This document shows positions 49,169 to 61,069 of a stretch of 64,000 nt of DNA, in pieces. The notes beneath the pieces were generated by a model, which worked only from the letters and a program-made list of their open reading frames with translations, ran no database searches and had not been told where the DNA came from. A program made the position numbers and the translations under genes. Each line of letters starts with the position of its first letter. Position 1 is the first letter of the stretch. Origin of the DNA: Lepidodermella squamata (lineage: Eukaryota; Animalia; Gastrotricha); NCBI GenBank assembly GCA_047495785.1, contig JBLDXI010000045.1, positions 186,001 to 250,000 on the forward strand. Direction: 5' to 3'.

Positions 49169-50638
49169 TTTCGTTCTGAATCCTATCTCGTATGAGTCAT
49201 ATGACTCATGAAACTTGGATTATTTCGTCTCCGGCCATGCGAAACCGCAGTTCATTCCTTAGAGCTGATTGCGTACCTAGGACGTGATGATCAAGTACCA
49301 TCGCGATGAATAAAAGACTCGACGGCAAACACGTCATTAAAATGATACCTAGTATCGTTGCTTTTCACGGGCCACTTGCTAACGCTGGGAAAATCACGAC
49401 GGCGGCCTCGTTAGCTAATTAAAGCGTTCGGCTCGAGAGATACCGTTCCCACCCCCGTCGACACAATAAAAGTATCGCATTATAATATAATTATGCTTAT
49501 TATACAAACGCGTAAATGCTTCACTTTTCAAGTGTATTATACTTGATTAGTGTGCTTTTGGCCAATAGCCGAGAAGAGCAGCACTGGTGCTATATTTGAG
49601 ATGTTGAGATGAAAATCGGTCGTCACAGTCTGATGACAACCAGCGCGCGCGCGCGCGCCTCTTGACTCCTGCCTGTGCTGACCTGGCGCCGGGTCCGCAT
49701 TGGCAACATTCCCGGGCGTGTGTTTGCCTTACAGCTTTGCACACATTTGAAGCGGAACAGCCCGTGCGCAGTGCGTATTTACCCGGGATAAAGCACTTGT
49801 TGTCTTGTAAATAAATGTAGCAATCACCGATGACCTCAGCAATCATCTTCACTGCAGAGATAAATTCCCAACCTCGACGGTAAACAATAATGACTGAGGC
49901 ATTCCAAAAATTCGGGATAGTTTTATTGTTGTTAATTTATCGTGTGCACAAATAATGGTTATTCGTATTAAAGTTGCCGATAAATAATAACAATTTTCTT
50001 CGAATCATTCAACAGCGCAGCAGTTCAACAGAATATTTTTATGATGATGACTCACTTTTTTCGCACCAATCAGACGAAAGGGTTCAATGACGTTTCTCGA
50101 AGCTACGGGGTGATGATATAAATAGGGTGATAGAAAGATGATGATGAAAAAAGCAGCAGAGATTCAGGTCGTGTTTTCCACATAGCACGTGCTTGGCACA
50201 TAAAATTCAACTCAATAATAATAATCAGCAATTTTAATTTTTACAGAAAAAAGAGCACTAGAAAAAGCGAGACAGTTTCAAGTTTTGGTGATGGCACAGA
50301 GCTGTTTTTTTGATTGATTGATTTTTTTATTTGATCGACGAAAAAATGGCAGGTATAACTGTTAAAAAAAAATCGAACACGCGCTATTACATTATTCGTT
50401 GCAATTGTTTTTCCAGATTGTTGTTGCGTATTTTTCGAGACTAAAATAATGATGTGCGATGAATAAAACAATTTAACACGAACAGCGATATAACAGCAGC
50501 GAAATTGAGCAAGCTTATTAATATAAGTTTCAATTTTTTGTCAAAAATCAGATAATACGTAGATAATTAATTGTTAATTAATTAATTACTATAGAATTTA
50601 ATATATTTATATATTATTATATTAATAATTTTTGTCGA

Positions 50639-53600
50639 TTAATTCCAGCTCATCAGGTTTTCACCGCCGGCTGTAACAGGGGTTCCGGAAGTTGACTGGA
50701 GAGCGGCGGCGACTTGTTGCGCGTAGTCGTCGAGGAATCCGCCGCCATTCGTCGACGCTGACGAGACCGAAGTCGAGGTGGTCGGCGTTGACGTAGCGCC
50801 CACCGGCGCATCGTCCGCCATCATCGCCGTCGGATTGGCGCAGATCACCGACGTGCCAGCCGCGCCGGCGGCCGCCCGCGACTCCTGTTCCTGCTTCGGC
50901 GCCGATTTGAACGAAGTTGGCGACGAGGCGGTGGCCGGCAACTGGCTGAAAATGCCGTCGAGATACGCGTGCGCCGCCGTCGCCGAGTTGTTGACTAGCG
51001 GCGTAGGGGTCGAATGCGTCGGCGATGACGTCACGCTGTTCGAACTCGCCACGCCCGCCAGCGCGTTCGCAACCGCCGCCGCCGTCGACGCGTCCGAGCT
51101 CGGCGGCGTTAACAGGCCGAAATCAACGCCAGCCATCGCCGCCGCCGCCATTAGGGACGACGGGTAGCTCTGGCAGCTCTGCGCCGCCGCTGACATTTGC
51201 GCACCCTGCTGGAATTGCTGCGCCGTGTTGTTGTAGGTCATCGCGCGCTCGTAGGGCGACGCCGTCGCCGCCGCCTGGCTGTAGCACGTCGGCATGGCGC
51301 TCGTGTACTGCCCGGTCATATAGTCGCTGGTCGCGCCGCTGCGGAACGTCGATGAAAAAATGTCACTTTGCGCGTTGCGAATCTGGTTCCAGTACATGTT
51401 ACTCGCGGCCTGGCTCGGGAAGTTGTTCATCGCCCCGGCGCCGAAGTTGTTCATCTGCTGGCCGTAACTCGACGGCGCCATGCTCGGCGGCTGTTGCGAC
51501 TGCAGCACGCACGCCGCTGCTTGGACCAGTGACGACGATGAATTCGCGCTGCTTTGCCGCTGTTGACTCGATGAGAAGTGATTTATCGCCGCGGCTGTTA
51601 GCCCGCTGGGTGTACAGCCGTAGAACGCCTTGTTGTTCTCGCCCAGCATCAAGGGTGTCTGAAAAACGTCCGACAAATCTGCGCGACGTTTGTTGTTCGA
51701 AGACTCGGCGAGGCGTTGGTGGCTCGACGGTTTTGACGACGACGCCGATGACGAGCCGCTCGACGACGATGAATTGCAAGATGACCCGATTTTGTTACGT
51801 AATATACGGCTGATGGACGAGACCGAGGGCACGGAATATTTCTCGCACACGCCGTCCGCCTGTAATTTATCGCGAATTTCCCACGCGAATATGCCCGGGT
51901 CTTTCTCTTTGTAGGCCCGTATGTGCTTGACGACGTTGGGCGTGGTGACGCGGGGCTTGGAGCCGCCGATGGCGCCGGGCTGGATCGACCCGGTGTCTTG
52001 GTAGCGGGCCAAAATTTTCGACACGCAACCATGCGAGACCTTGAGCTGGCGCGAGATGTCACACGGCCGAATGCCGGCCTGGTGCATCTGGACGATTTTG
52101 ATTCGAATATGCGTCGGCAGTGGCCGGCCGTTGACGAAGACGCCGCCAAGCTGGTTCGTCTCGCCATAAGCGATCGCATCTACATTGGCGGGTGAGGAAA
52201 AATAAGAAAACATTATTATTTGTTTTAATAATGTTGGAGAAAATTTCGGCGCCGAGGATATCTTTCGCCCGCCCCTGCTATCTTAGTTCCTTCATCATCA
52301 TCACCATTTTTGTTTTATTCAGTATTGCGTTTATTATTAGCAAGCCCGGCGACTAAATGGCAGCGCTTTTTGACGCGCTCCAGTGCCAACGCGTGGTAAA
52401 CACGCGCGTGTTTTGTGGGTCGTCGCCGCGAAGATGTGCCTGCTGTGCGAATAAATCAGAGTAGCTGAGCGGCTCAGCTCTCGAACAACGCGCCAACAAT
52501 CAACTCATCGGCGGCTCTAATGCAAATTACCAACGCCGCCGCGCCGCTGTTGATATATACTACAACAACTACTACTACTACCTTTAAATCCAACGACAAG
52601 GCCCAGCATCAGGTGCTACCTTTCCAAGTCGAGCGTATCGACAGCAGCGCGGCGCGTTTTGTACCTACCTATGCGCGGGTATTTCGATATATAACGGTGG
52701 AAATTACTCAACGCGTGTTGAAAAACAAACGGTTGTGGATAAAAAGACGCGGCGAGTTCCAACCAGACGCGCGTCAGTCAGTGAGCGCTTTGAAGGCGCG
52801 CGCGCGCGGGTTGCGCAAGCGCACACTCCCGAGATGAAATGTATCTCCTTCTTCTTCGGATTGGAAATAAATATACAAGCGCACTCATTAGCCGCGCCAA
52901 TTGATACATCTTGCGGCAGGTATGGTGGTTAATTGCGGCAGTGCGCATGTACGCGAGTGTATCGCGATGCCGAGCGCTAATTGGTCGGCGCCTTTGAACC
53001 GCCGATCGCACCTTGCGATAAAAATTTGACTCAATACTAATTTGCGCGCTCAAAGACGCCGCGCTTCGCTGCATCTGGGCCGACAGTAAGTCTCAATTGA
53101 TCAACAGGGAAAAAAATCGAGAAAAATTGTTCTAGAACGGAAATGTCTATAATTCGAAATAAAGCCAAAATGAGGCTAAAAGGAGAGTATTCACCTTAAT
53201 GAAAATGGACCCAAATGTGAAAAGGAAAGGTTTCAAACGAGGAATGCTGATGGACGAAATCTGTTGGAACTTGAATCAAATTGCTGAGTTGAAATTAAAT
53301 TCCCAGGAAACAGAAAGGTTTGGAACGATCGTTTCCAAAATATATAAAAAATATTTAAAAATTCGATAAAAAGGTAAATTTATAGTGAATGGAAACAATC
53401 TGAAGTACCCCTGGCTTCACTATTTAGCCTTCAGTTGCTAGAAACGGACAATATAGGGTGTCAAAATAGTCCTAGCCGATAATATGTCTTATACCTAGGA
53501 ATAGTGGCGTGCTTTATTGGGATCCTTAATAGGAATGTGTTGAGAAAAATTTGAGGTATACCTTTGGAGCTCGACGTTCATCTCAGGAAACTTGGCTTGC

Positions 53601-53968
53601 AATGAAAAAAAACTAATACGGGTATAAAAATCGTACATTGAGCGTTCATTTCCACTCACGCGCTCGCCGCCGCCGCCAGTGGGAAAACTGGCGCTTCGGT
53701 GTGTGATTTTTGTTGGACCAAATCATCGGCGCGCGCGCGCGCTTATTGCTGCGGTGTTAAGTTGACCGCGACACGGTGCGCGCGCGGCGAGGCGAAGCGC
53801 TTCGAAGGCGAGCTCGCGCGCAAGGCCGAACGGCAGCCACTGATGCGTACCAGTGGCGCCCAACAAGCGTCGCCAGGTGCCTCTAAGGCGCCCAACCCCA
53901 CGCATTCAGCAACATTTACGAATTATTTCAAAAACGTAACAATTATAAAAAAATAACTCACCCATCAT
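50639..53968 (-). CDS. PAX1/9: Pax1/9 paired-box transcription factor; micro first coding exon 53968-53962, main exon 52179-50639
   Basis: Paired domain [55 protein letters not shown] (Pax1/9 type), no homeodomain. The track's 'MFSYFSS' start is a polypyrimidine tract plus TAG acceptor; ATGATGG|GTGAGT upstream supplies a phase-1 exon. Confidence 0.93.
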
Positions 53969-56900
53969 CACTCGACTTTGATGTTGGCGAATTGGAGGTT
54001 ATAATAAATAAAAAACACAAATAGCTATACCTATAAAAGGCGAGAATAAAGTAAAATTGATGATTAGGGCGTTTGTTATGTCTGGAGCTGTCTAGTTAGC
54101 AAACTAATTTATCGCAATGTTTCGAGAGCTGGAAATTAATCAAATTATTCGCTACAAGTAACTCGGCGCAACTTGGCTATGATCAGCGTCGAGATTTGCT
54201 ATAATAGCCCACGATGGGCTGCTAAATGGATCACTCGCGTTAGGTATTCTCGTTGCATGGTATTTGTGTGTGTGTGTGTGTGCTGAAATCCTATACGCGC
54301 CGAGCGTGTATGCTAATGAGCGTAGCTGCACGCTGATTGGTCGGCGCGCCCCAGCTCAGTGCACGTCTCGGCCACGCACCTAGCGAGGCGTTTATTAATA
54401 CAGTAATAACGGGTAATAATCTAACGATTTTCGGGTGAAACTCGTTGGAGTTCGTGATTTTTGCAACAAAACGCAGGTTGCGTCTCAGGAAGCGAAATAA
54501 AACTGATGATAACAAGGCGCGTTTCCGCTATGTTTCTAAAAGCTCTTACAATAAATTACAAATGGCCATTCAGAATTATTACAAACCCGTGTGTTTTTAT
54601 TCATCATTATTGCATTGTCTCATTTTCTGCGTCGTCAAGGGCCGGCATCAGGGTGTCCATTGTCGGGTGGGGCTGGGTGGGGGTCGGTGGTGTGGTCTTT
54701 GTCCGATTCGCCTGCTTGACTTGTGAACGACTGGCAGAGCATTGCAAAAGCGTAAAAACGACGACAGGTTGGCGATTTGTGGCCGGCTGCCGACTACTGG
54801 CCCCCTTGGCAAACAGACGCTGTTATGCCAATTTTAGCGTGAATTGCCTGGCTCGAATCTACAGCCGACGCCGCGCCGCCGCCACTTTGTAGGCTTGCCC
54901 ATCACCACCGATAATGCGTTGGCACCACCACCACCGGTAGTCGCGCGGGTCACGCTCAACTGGCGCCTTTGTGGCGCGCAACCTTTGCCCAGCAGCAGCA
55001 GCGGCTGTCTTTCTATGAATGATGCGCCAGCCATTGAAAATCAAAACGCCAAAACACAACACTTGCCTCCAGTAGCCAACGTGTATCGTTTTGTTCCTAT
55101 GCGGAACTATTATTTTTATTTCGAAAAATAACTTTCGTTCCGAATCGTGGCTATAAACCTCTCGCTTTATTTCACGCACCAGCTATATGCCATATCAAAT
55201 CCTTTCCAGCGTCAATTTATCACACAGCAAGGATAATTAAGCTTGGGAGTTCTAATTTCGAGGTTCCTTCATTGCCGAGTTTGACCTAGTGATGATTCAT
55301 GATCGCGTTCGATTGCCAAAAATATATATTGGAGATGACCCAATTCCATGTGTATTATATTGACCTTTTTATTACGAGTGCGCTTTGACTGCGCGCGTGT
55401 GTTTGAGTCACCTTGTAATCTGCAGCTTTTTGCCACCGATTTTTATTGCCACGATGAGGTCGCCGACAACGAGCTTAACGAGCATTCAAGTACCTACTAA
55501 TAAGGCTTTTATGATGTTGTTCAACGATGTGTACCTGGAACCTGGCGCCGGGACGCCTTCATCATCATCATCATCGTAAGAGTCAAATCCAATCTGAAAA
55601 TAAGCCGTTCGCAGTAGATACACACGTCGGCACAAAGGGTTGGGCGGAAACAAATACAAACACACTCTGGAATTTCTTATAGGCCACTTGCTTGCCTGTG
55701 CATTGTTGTTATTAGTATTATTGCCGGGGTGTGCCTGGCGTGTTAGCGAAAAGATAAGATGAGCTAACTGCTGCTAACTGTTCAGAAGCCGTGCCTGCGT
55801 CGAGTCGCGCTCGCTCGTTCGAGAGCAAACACGGCGACGATAATCAAGCCAATAAAACCAGGTATGACGGTGACGAAGAGCCGACGTCTGCGGCCTGTCA
55901 AGCGGCCGCTATTGTTTTGCGTGCCGAACAAGAGCCATCCGGCAAGTGGATGGATCATAAGGGCAGCAGCAGCAGTCAGTAGTTTCGGAAACTGTTCCCT
56001 ATTTACCTAGAGTGTGCGTCGAGAGATGGCCGCGCTTCCGCCTCAAAGCCTCATCTACGCACCTTGTCAAAACGGCTATTACGGTGAGAGCGGGCGCACA
56101 CGCGGTTCAAGTGACAAGGTGCGATCGCGCGGCGGCTTCTTTTTCGGCGGCGCGGCGCAGAAAAGCAGCAGTCCCACCTAATGAATAACGTCAAGTTGGT
56201 CACGTCTCATTTGAAGAGCAACAACCGGTCACAGTTATCATTACAAATGTTCTTCATGCTTCATACCTCTGCCGGCATTGGTATAAGTCTCGGTAAATAA
56301 TACCCGTTAAGCGGGACCAATGAAAGCCTAATTGACCCAGATTGTGGAAACCACACTGCCGTTTTTGACGCATTTTTCAATGGAAATTTCACGCATGAGT
56401 AAACGCCAGCCGTATAGGTGCTCCAATACCAATGAATGAACTGCTCATCCGATAATTTATTTCAAACTTCTGATGAATTAAAAAGGTCATTATTCGAATA
56501 AATTGTGCGCGATATGGGTGCAAATCATGCGGATAAATTCGTCCAGAATCCAGATGAGGAATTTGTACCCTAGAGAAAAATTTAAGTCCGAAACCGTCAA
56601 AATAGTAGTTCCTATCGCTACGTATTGCCTCAAAATGAATCACTGTGGCCTCCGCAGCTTTGGGATTTTCGATAGGGTATCGCTCATTTTCCACTCGGAT
56701 TCACCTTAATTTATATTTTATTAACGAACTCACCTCGCGATAACTCAAACTAGCGTCAAGACGACTTCAATTATGAGACGCTGCACCAGAAAACAGCCCA
56801 AATATTCACTGTTAACTTCCACCAGGAAGCAACCGAAGTATTAATTTTTCGAAAATAGGTTTTTCTCTCAAAATATGAGATGGAGGATTTTAAATCCAGC

Positions 56901-57936
56901 AAAATAAAATGTCCAGAATTATAAATAATATTAATATAAATAATAAATAAAACGAACATCTGGGCTGTTCTCTGGCGCGGTATCCTATATGCCAATTATG
57001 AGTTACGAGGCACCTGGTTGAAGCGAAATTAGATTTCTGCAATTTTGAATTTTGAGGTTAAGTAATCGCCTCTTCGGACTTCGGAATCAAGCCAGTCGGC
57101 CAATAGTAGGGTAAAGTGACCCAAATCTCAAATCTGCAGCTTGCGGGATGCCATTCTCTAGCCAGTAGGGTGTCTTAACCCTCGAACTGCATGGCTCCAA
57201 AAGGAAATCTTGGAAAAGCTCACCATTTCCCATAAATTTAAAAACTGCGTCAGAGTTTTCTTTGCAAATTTGGGGCAATTTACCCCATGTTAGCAACTCA
57301 GATAAAAGTTGAAAGTGTGCTTTTTCTTTAAAAAAACCGTGATGGCTAATTTCGATTTTATTCTTTTATTCACCTTAGTAAACTATCATCTGAAAAAGCC
57401 AATAATAAACGTTTTCATGATAACATCAGTTTCATTCTTCAATCTATCGTAGCCAAATAGCAACTCCATGATATTTTATAGCAATATAATAATCATAGAC
57501 AGGTTTTTAGTAATAATTATAATAACATATATGTAGCATCATGTCATTGTATTTTTCCGTAGTTTGAGAATAGCAGCGATAAATGACACAAAAAGTTGTA
57601 TAACAAAACTGCGCAAATTTTTCATTTTCTTCAACGTTGAGAGGGAAGCAGCATACGAAGACAAAATAAGTGCCAATTATTGCGGTTATTTTAGTCGAGG
57701 ATAACACTTCATTGACTGAATCACCAGCACTTAAATCATGATAGCATACGATCAAAAGGACAGCGGCGTAGAAAAATAGGTTACAAAATACGGCAAGCTA
57801 TTACGACATCGATATATAATAGCGCTAAAGATTGACAGAGAGAGAAAAAAGTTGGAAAACACGAGACCCAATATACGTTACTAACCGAAACAAGTCGAGA
57901 TGGATTAAGATTCGTTTTTTCACCGAACTAAACAAT

Positions 57937-60681
57937 TCAACTGGTCGCACTTCGAAGGGCAGCCTCGACAGCTGCCTGGTTAGCACTGGAAGCCGTTGAT
58001 TTCGACGTGAAACAGGCGTTGCAGACCCGAACCTGCCGCTCGCCCCAGCCGCGTTCCGGGACAGCGAGGCGGAACGGCGAGCACGCGCCGCACACGTATT
58101 TGCCACACTGGCGGCAATGATGGCGCCGTTTGTCACCCCCACCCGACGCCGCAATCGCCGATACCGACATCATCGACGAGTCTTGCATAGCCCCGGACGT
58201 TGTTTTGTCAAACGGCTGATGGCAGCAGTTGCACTGGTTCGCACCCGGGTCCGTGTCCTTCTGCCAGTAGTCCGGCATGGTTTGACTGACAATTGTCCCG
58301 CCGATATAGCCGCCGACCGATTCAGCGGCTGATACTACCCGGCCGACCTGTTCTAGCAACCAGCGGCCGTTAACGCTTTTTTCGTTAGAAACCGCATTAT
58401 TTTGGTCGGTTAGCGCGAATTTTCTGCCGAAACAGTTCTTACACACCCTGACTGGTTTCTCACCCCAGCCCCGCTCCGGCACTGGTTGGGCAAATGACGA
58501 GCAGCTTTCGCAGAAAATATTGCCGCATTGCCGGCAGTGGTGTTTATCGCCCGGTTCCGGCAGCGGGGTTGAACATATTTTACACTGCAACGCCTCGTCG
58601 TCCGGTATCCAGTAGTCTGGCCGGACGTTATCCAGCAAAAATTTGTGAACCGTCTGCGCTTTTGGTTTGAATATCGAGACCAGCGAGTCGGTCGCGTCGA
58701 CCAGCGGGTCGAGTAAGGCACGTGAGTAGAAGACGGTCGGGGCGATCTGCGACTGCTGCATGGTTCGGCCGGGCAAGTCCCAAACGTGGGAGATTCGCGT
58801 CTCAACTGCTGGGCACTGTTCATCCGGCGGCCATACGCCTTGGTCACTTCGATAGATTGTCTTACATTTGTCGCAATTTATCGAACTAAATTTAAAAAAT
58901 TTAAAAAATTAAATTAAAATTAAAATTACTTAATGGGGAAATAATTTTTTTAAATTATGAAATTTTCAATTTTTTCATTTTTGAGCATCGATTGAATAAA
59001 ATTTAGCTTTATCGATTTTTTCGAAGGAAAATATAAAACAAACCTTGTGCTCAACTGGGTGTAATACTTGAAAAGCTTAACAACGCTGTAGTCGTCAGGC
59101 GAATAGTTGGTGACAAATGCTTCGATTTTGCATTTGCGGCAGAAGAAAGTTCGGTTGTTGAGGGATTCGACGTATTTTTCGCACCGAATGTCGTTTCCCC
59201 GCGAATCTCGATGGCTCTGCCTCATGTGCTGCATCAAGCTGCAACTTTTTCTAAAAAGAAATAGACAAAATCATCATACAAATCGGATTTTTAGATGGAT
59301 TATAAATTTAGTCTAAAATTGGGGAAATAAGTAATCTGATTCCGCAATCTTGTTGAATCTGGCAATTCCATGGAAGAAATTGTCAATGTTCTAAAGAATG
59401 CTTTTCGAGCTATCGGATCTAAGCTGCGTTCCAACGTAATATGGCGAGAAATCCAACTAATTAGAGGAACTGTTTAAGACAGTTTACTATCTACGTATCG
59501 ATTTCATAAATTAGACTTTGAATGCCTTAGGCGCCACTTTTGGAAACGATTTCAAATAACTAAGGGTTCCAGCTCGCGCAATTCCGTTGATAAATGATTC
59601 AATCTAGAGAGTAACTGGCAATTTTCTATGAGAAAATGAAAAAAAATCATTAAAATGTACTCACCCGCATGCAAGGCACTTAAAAGGACAGGAAAAGAGT
59701 TCAACAGGTGCGATGGCCTTTCGATCTTCAATACCAACCGGTAACCATTCGGTCTCGGAAGAGAACAAAATCTGAAAAATCGGAATATTTCAACTCAACT
59801 CCAACGATTGAAAAATTGTGTTATACGTTGAATGAGTGAATAATAGACTCGCAGGTTGAACGGCCTTTAACCGCCTGCTCCTGAGTGATAGCTGCATTGA
59901 GCGCGCCGAAGTCAGCCTCCGTCGGCCTGACAATCGGCAAATACTGAACGTCAGTGAAGGCACAACAAACCGTCTGGCCCAACAACGACTTGAACTTGTG
60001 GCAATCCAACGGGTGCTCCTGCCGCACCTCGTGGCAAACAATCAAAGACGGCTTCGTCTTACGGCCGAGAGCTGGCCGCAGTCGATCCTCCATTATTAAG
60101 GCGGCTTCTTGCAGGAAGCGGAATGTTTCATCCGGATCGATTCGAGGCGCTGCAGTGTGAAAAACCACAACATCACTCATCGCCATCAATTTAACGGCAT
60201 TTCGAACGGCGGAAACCGACGTCGGGTCACGCTCAGCCACCTCAAAAAGCGGCTTTTCATGGAAGCCCTGTGTGTCGAAAACCAGAAATCGCTCGTAGTT
60301 CTGAAACGCAGCCCAAATTCCGGTCGTTCCAGGCCCGTCCGCGTCACGCTGCTCCTCGAAAACTTGTTCGGGTAGCGCTTGGGCGCCGTACTTTTTCGGC
60401 GACAAGGTCGTTGTCAGTTCGCGGAAAACTCGAGTATTCAAAGAATGCGACTTGCCGTGAGCCAGCGGCCCCACAATCGTCACAACATCGACGGGTTCGC
60501 TGCTAGGAATGAGCTTATCGACCAGCCACTCGCCACTTTGCCAACACGCAGCCGGGTCGGCCGATTTCGGGTTGAAAATGCATTCGGCTTTGAAGGTAGA
60601 CGAGTGAGATCCGGCCTTTGGAGTTGCATGTTCGCCTTTTATTACCTCGAAAGACATTGCATCTTGCATATGCATCGCCAT
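57937..60681 (-). CDS. ZFYVE1: Double-FYVE domain protein DFCP1 (P-loop NTPase plus 2 FYVE), multi-exon
   Basis: VVTIVGPLAHGKSHSLN, TTGIWAA, VFDTQG, KLMAMSDVVVFHT; two FYVE fingers, YWIPD..KHHCR..RVC and YWQKD..RRHHCR..RVC, with VPERGWG. Confidence 0.92.
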
Positions 60682-61069
60682 GTTTTTCAGCTGCTTTTAT
60701 CTCTCAAGAAATGCATATAGTAGTGGTACGAATAATAAACCTAGAGTAAGATGAATCAGCAAAAATAAACTCACTGATAACGCTATCAAACTTGGCCCAC
60801 GCTCAACGAATAAATAAAATACCTAAATAACAGAAAAATAGGCTCAATAAACCGATAAGTTATTTGCGTAGATATCAATTTTTTGAAGCAACAACCGATG
60901 ATTTTTTCTATCCGAATCGAATCAACAAAAACCAAAGAGCCACCTTAATAGAAATTAAGTAGAATCATGCGCGAAAGAAGACTGGATATTATAATGACTT
61001 GAATTTTGTGTGAAAGACAAGCGAATCGGCGAAAATTGCAAGTAGAATTGACACTTATTTCCCGCAAAA

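Noticed and set aside
50778-52195. Long plus-strand and alternative-frame ORFs over Pax1/9 (e.g. 51025-51813)
   Set aside because: Shadow ORFs of a GC-rich coding exon, with no domain features.
52180-52213. Pax1/9 start at MFSYFSS
   Set aside because: The sequence is a polypyrimidine tract ending in a TAG acceptor; an in-phase upstream micro-exon exists.
54309-54320. ATGCTAATGAG octamer-like motif (also at about 5-15)
   Set aside because: Two short matches in 64 kb without supporting context cannot be distinguished from chance.
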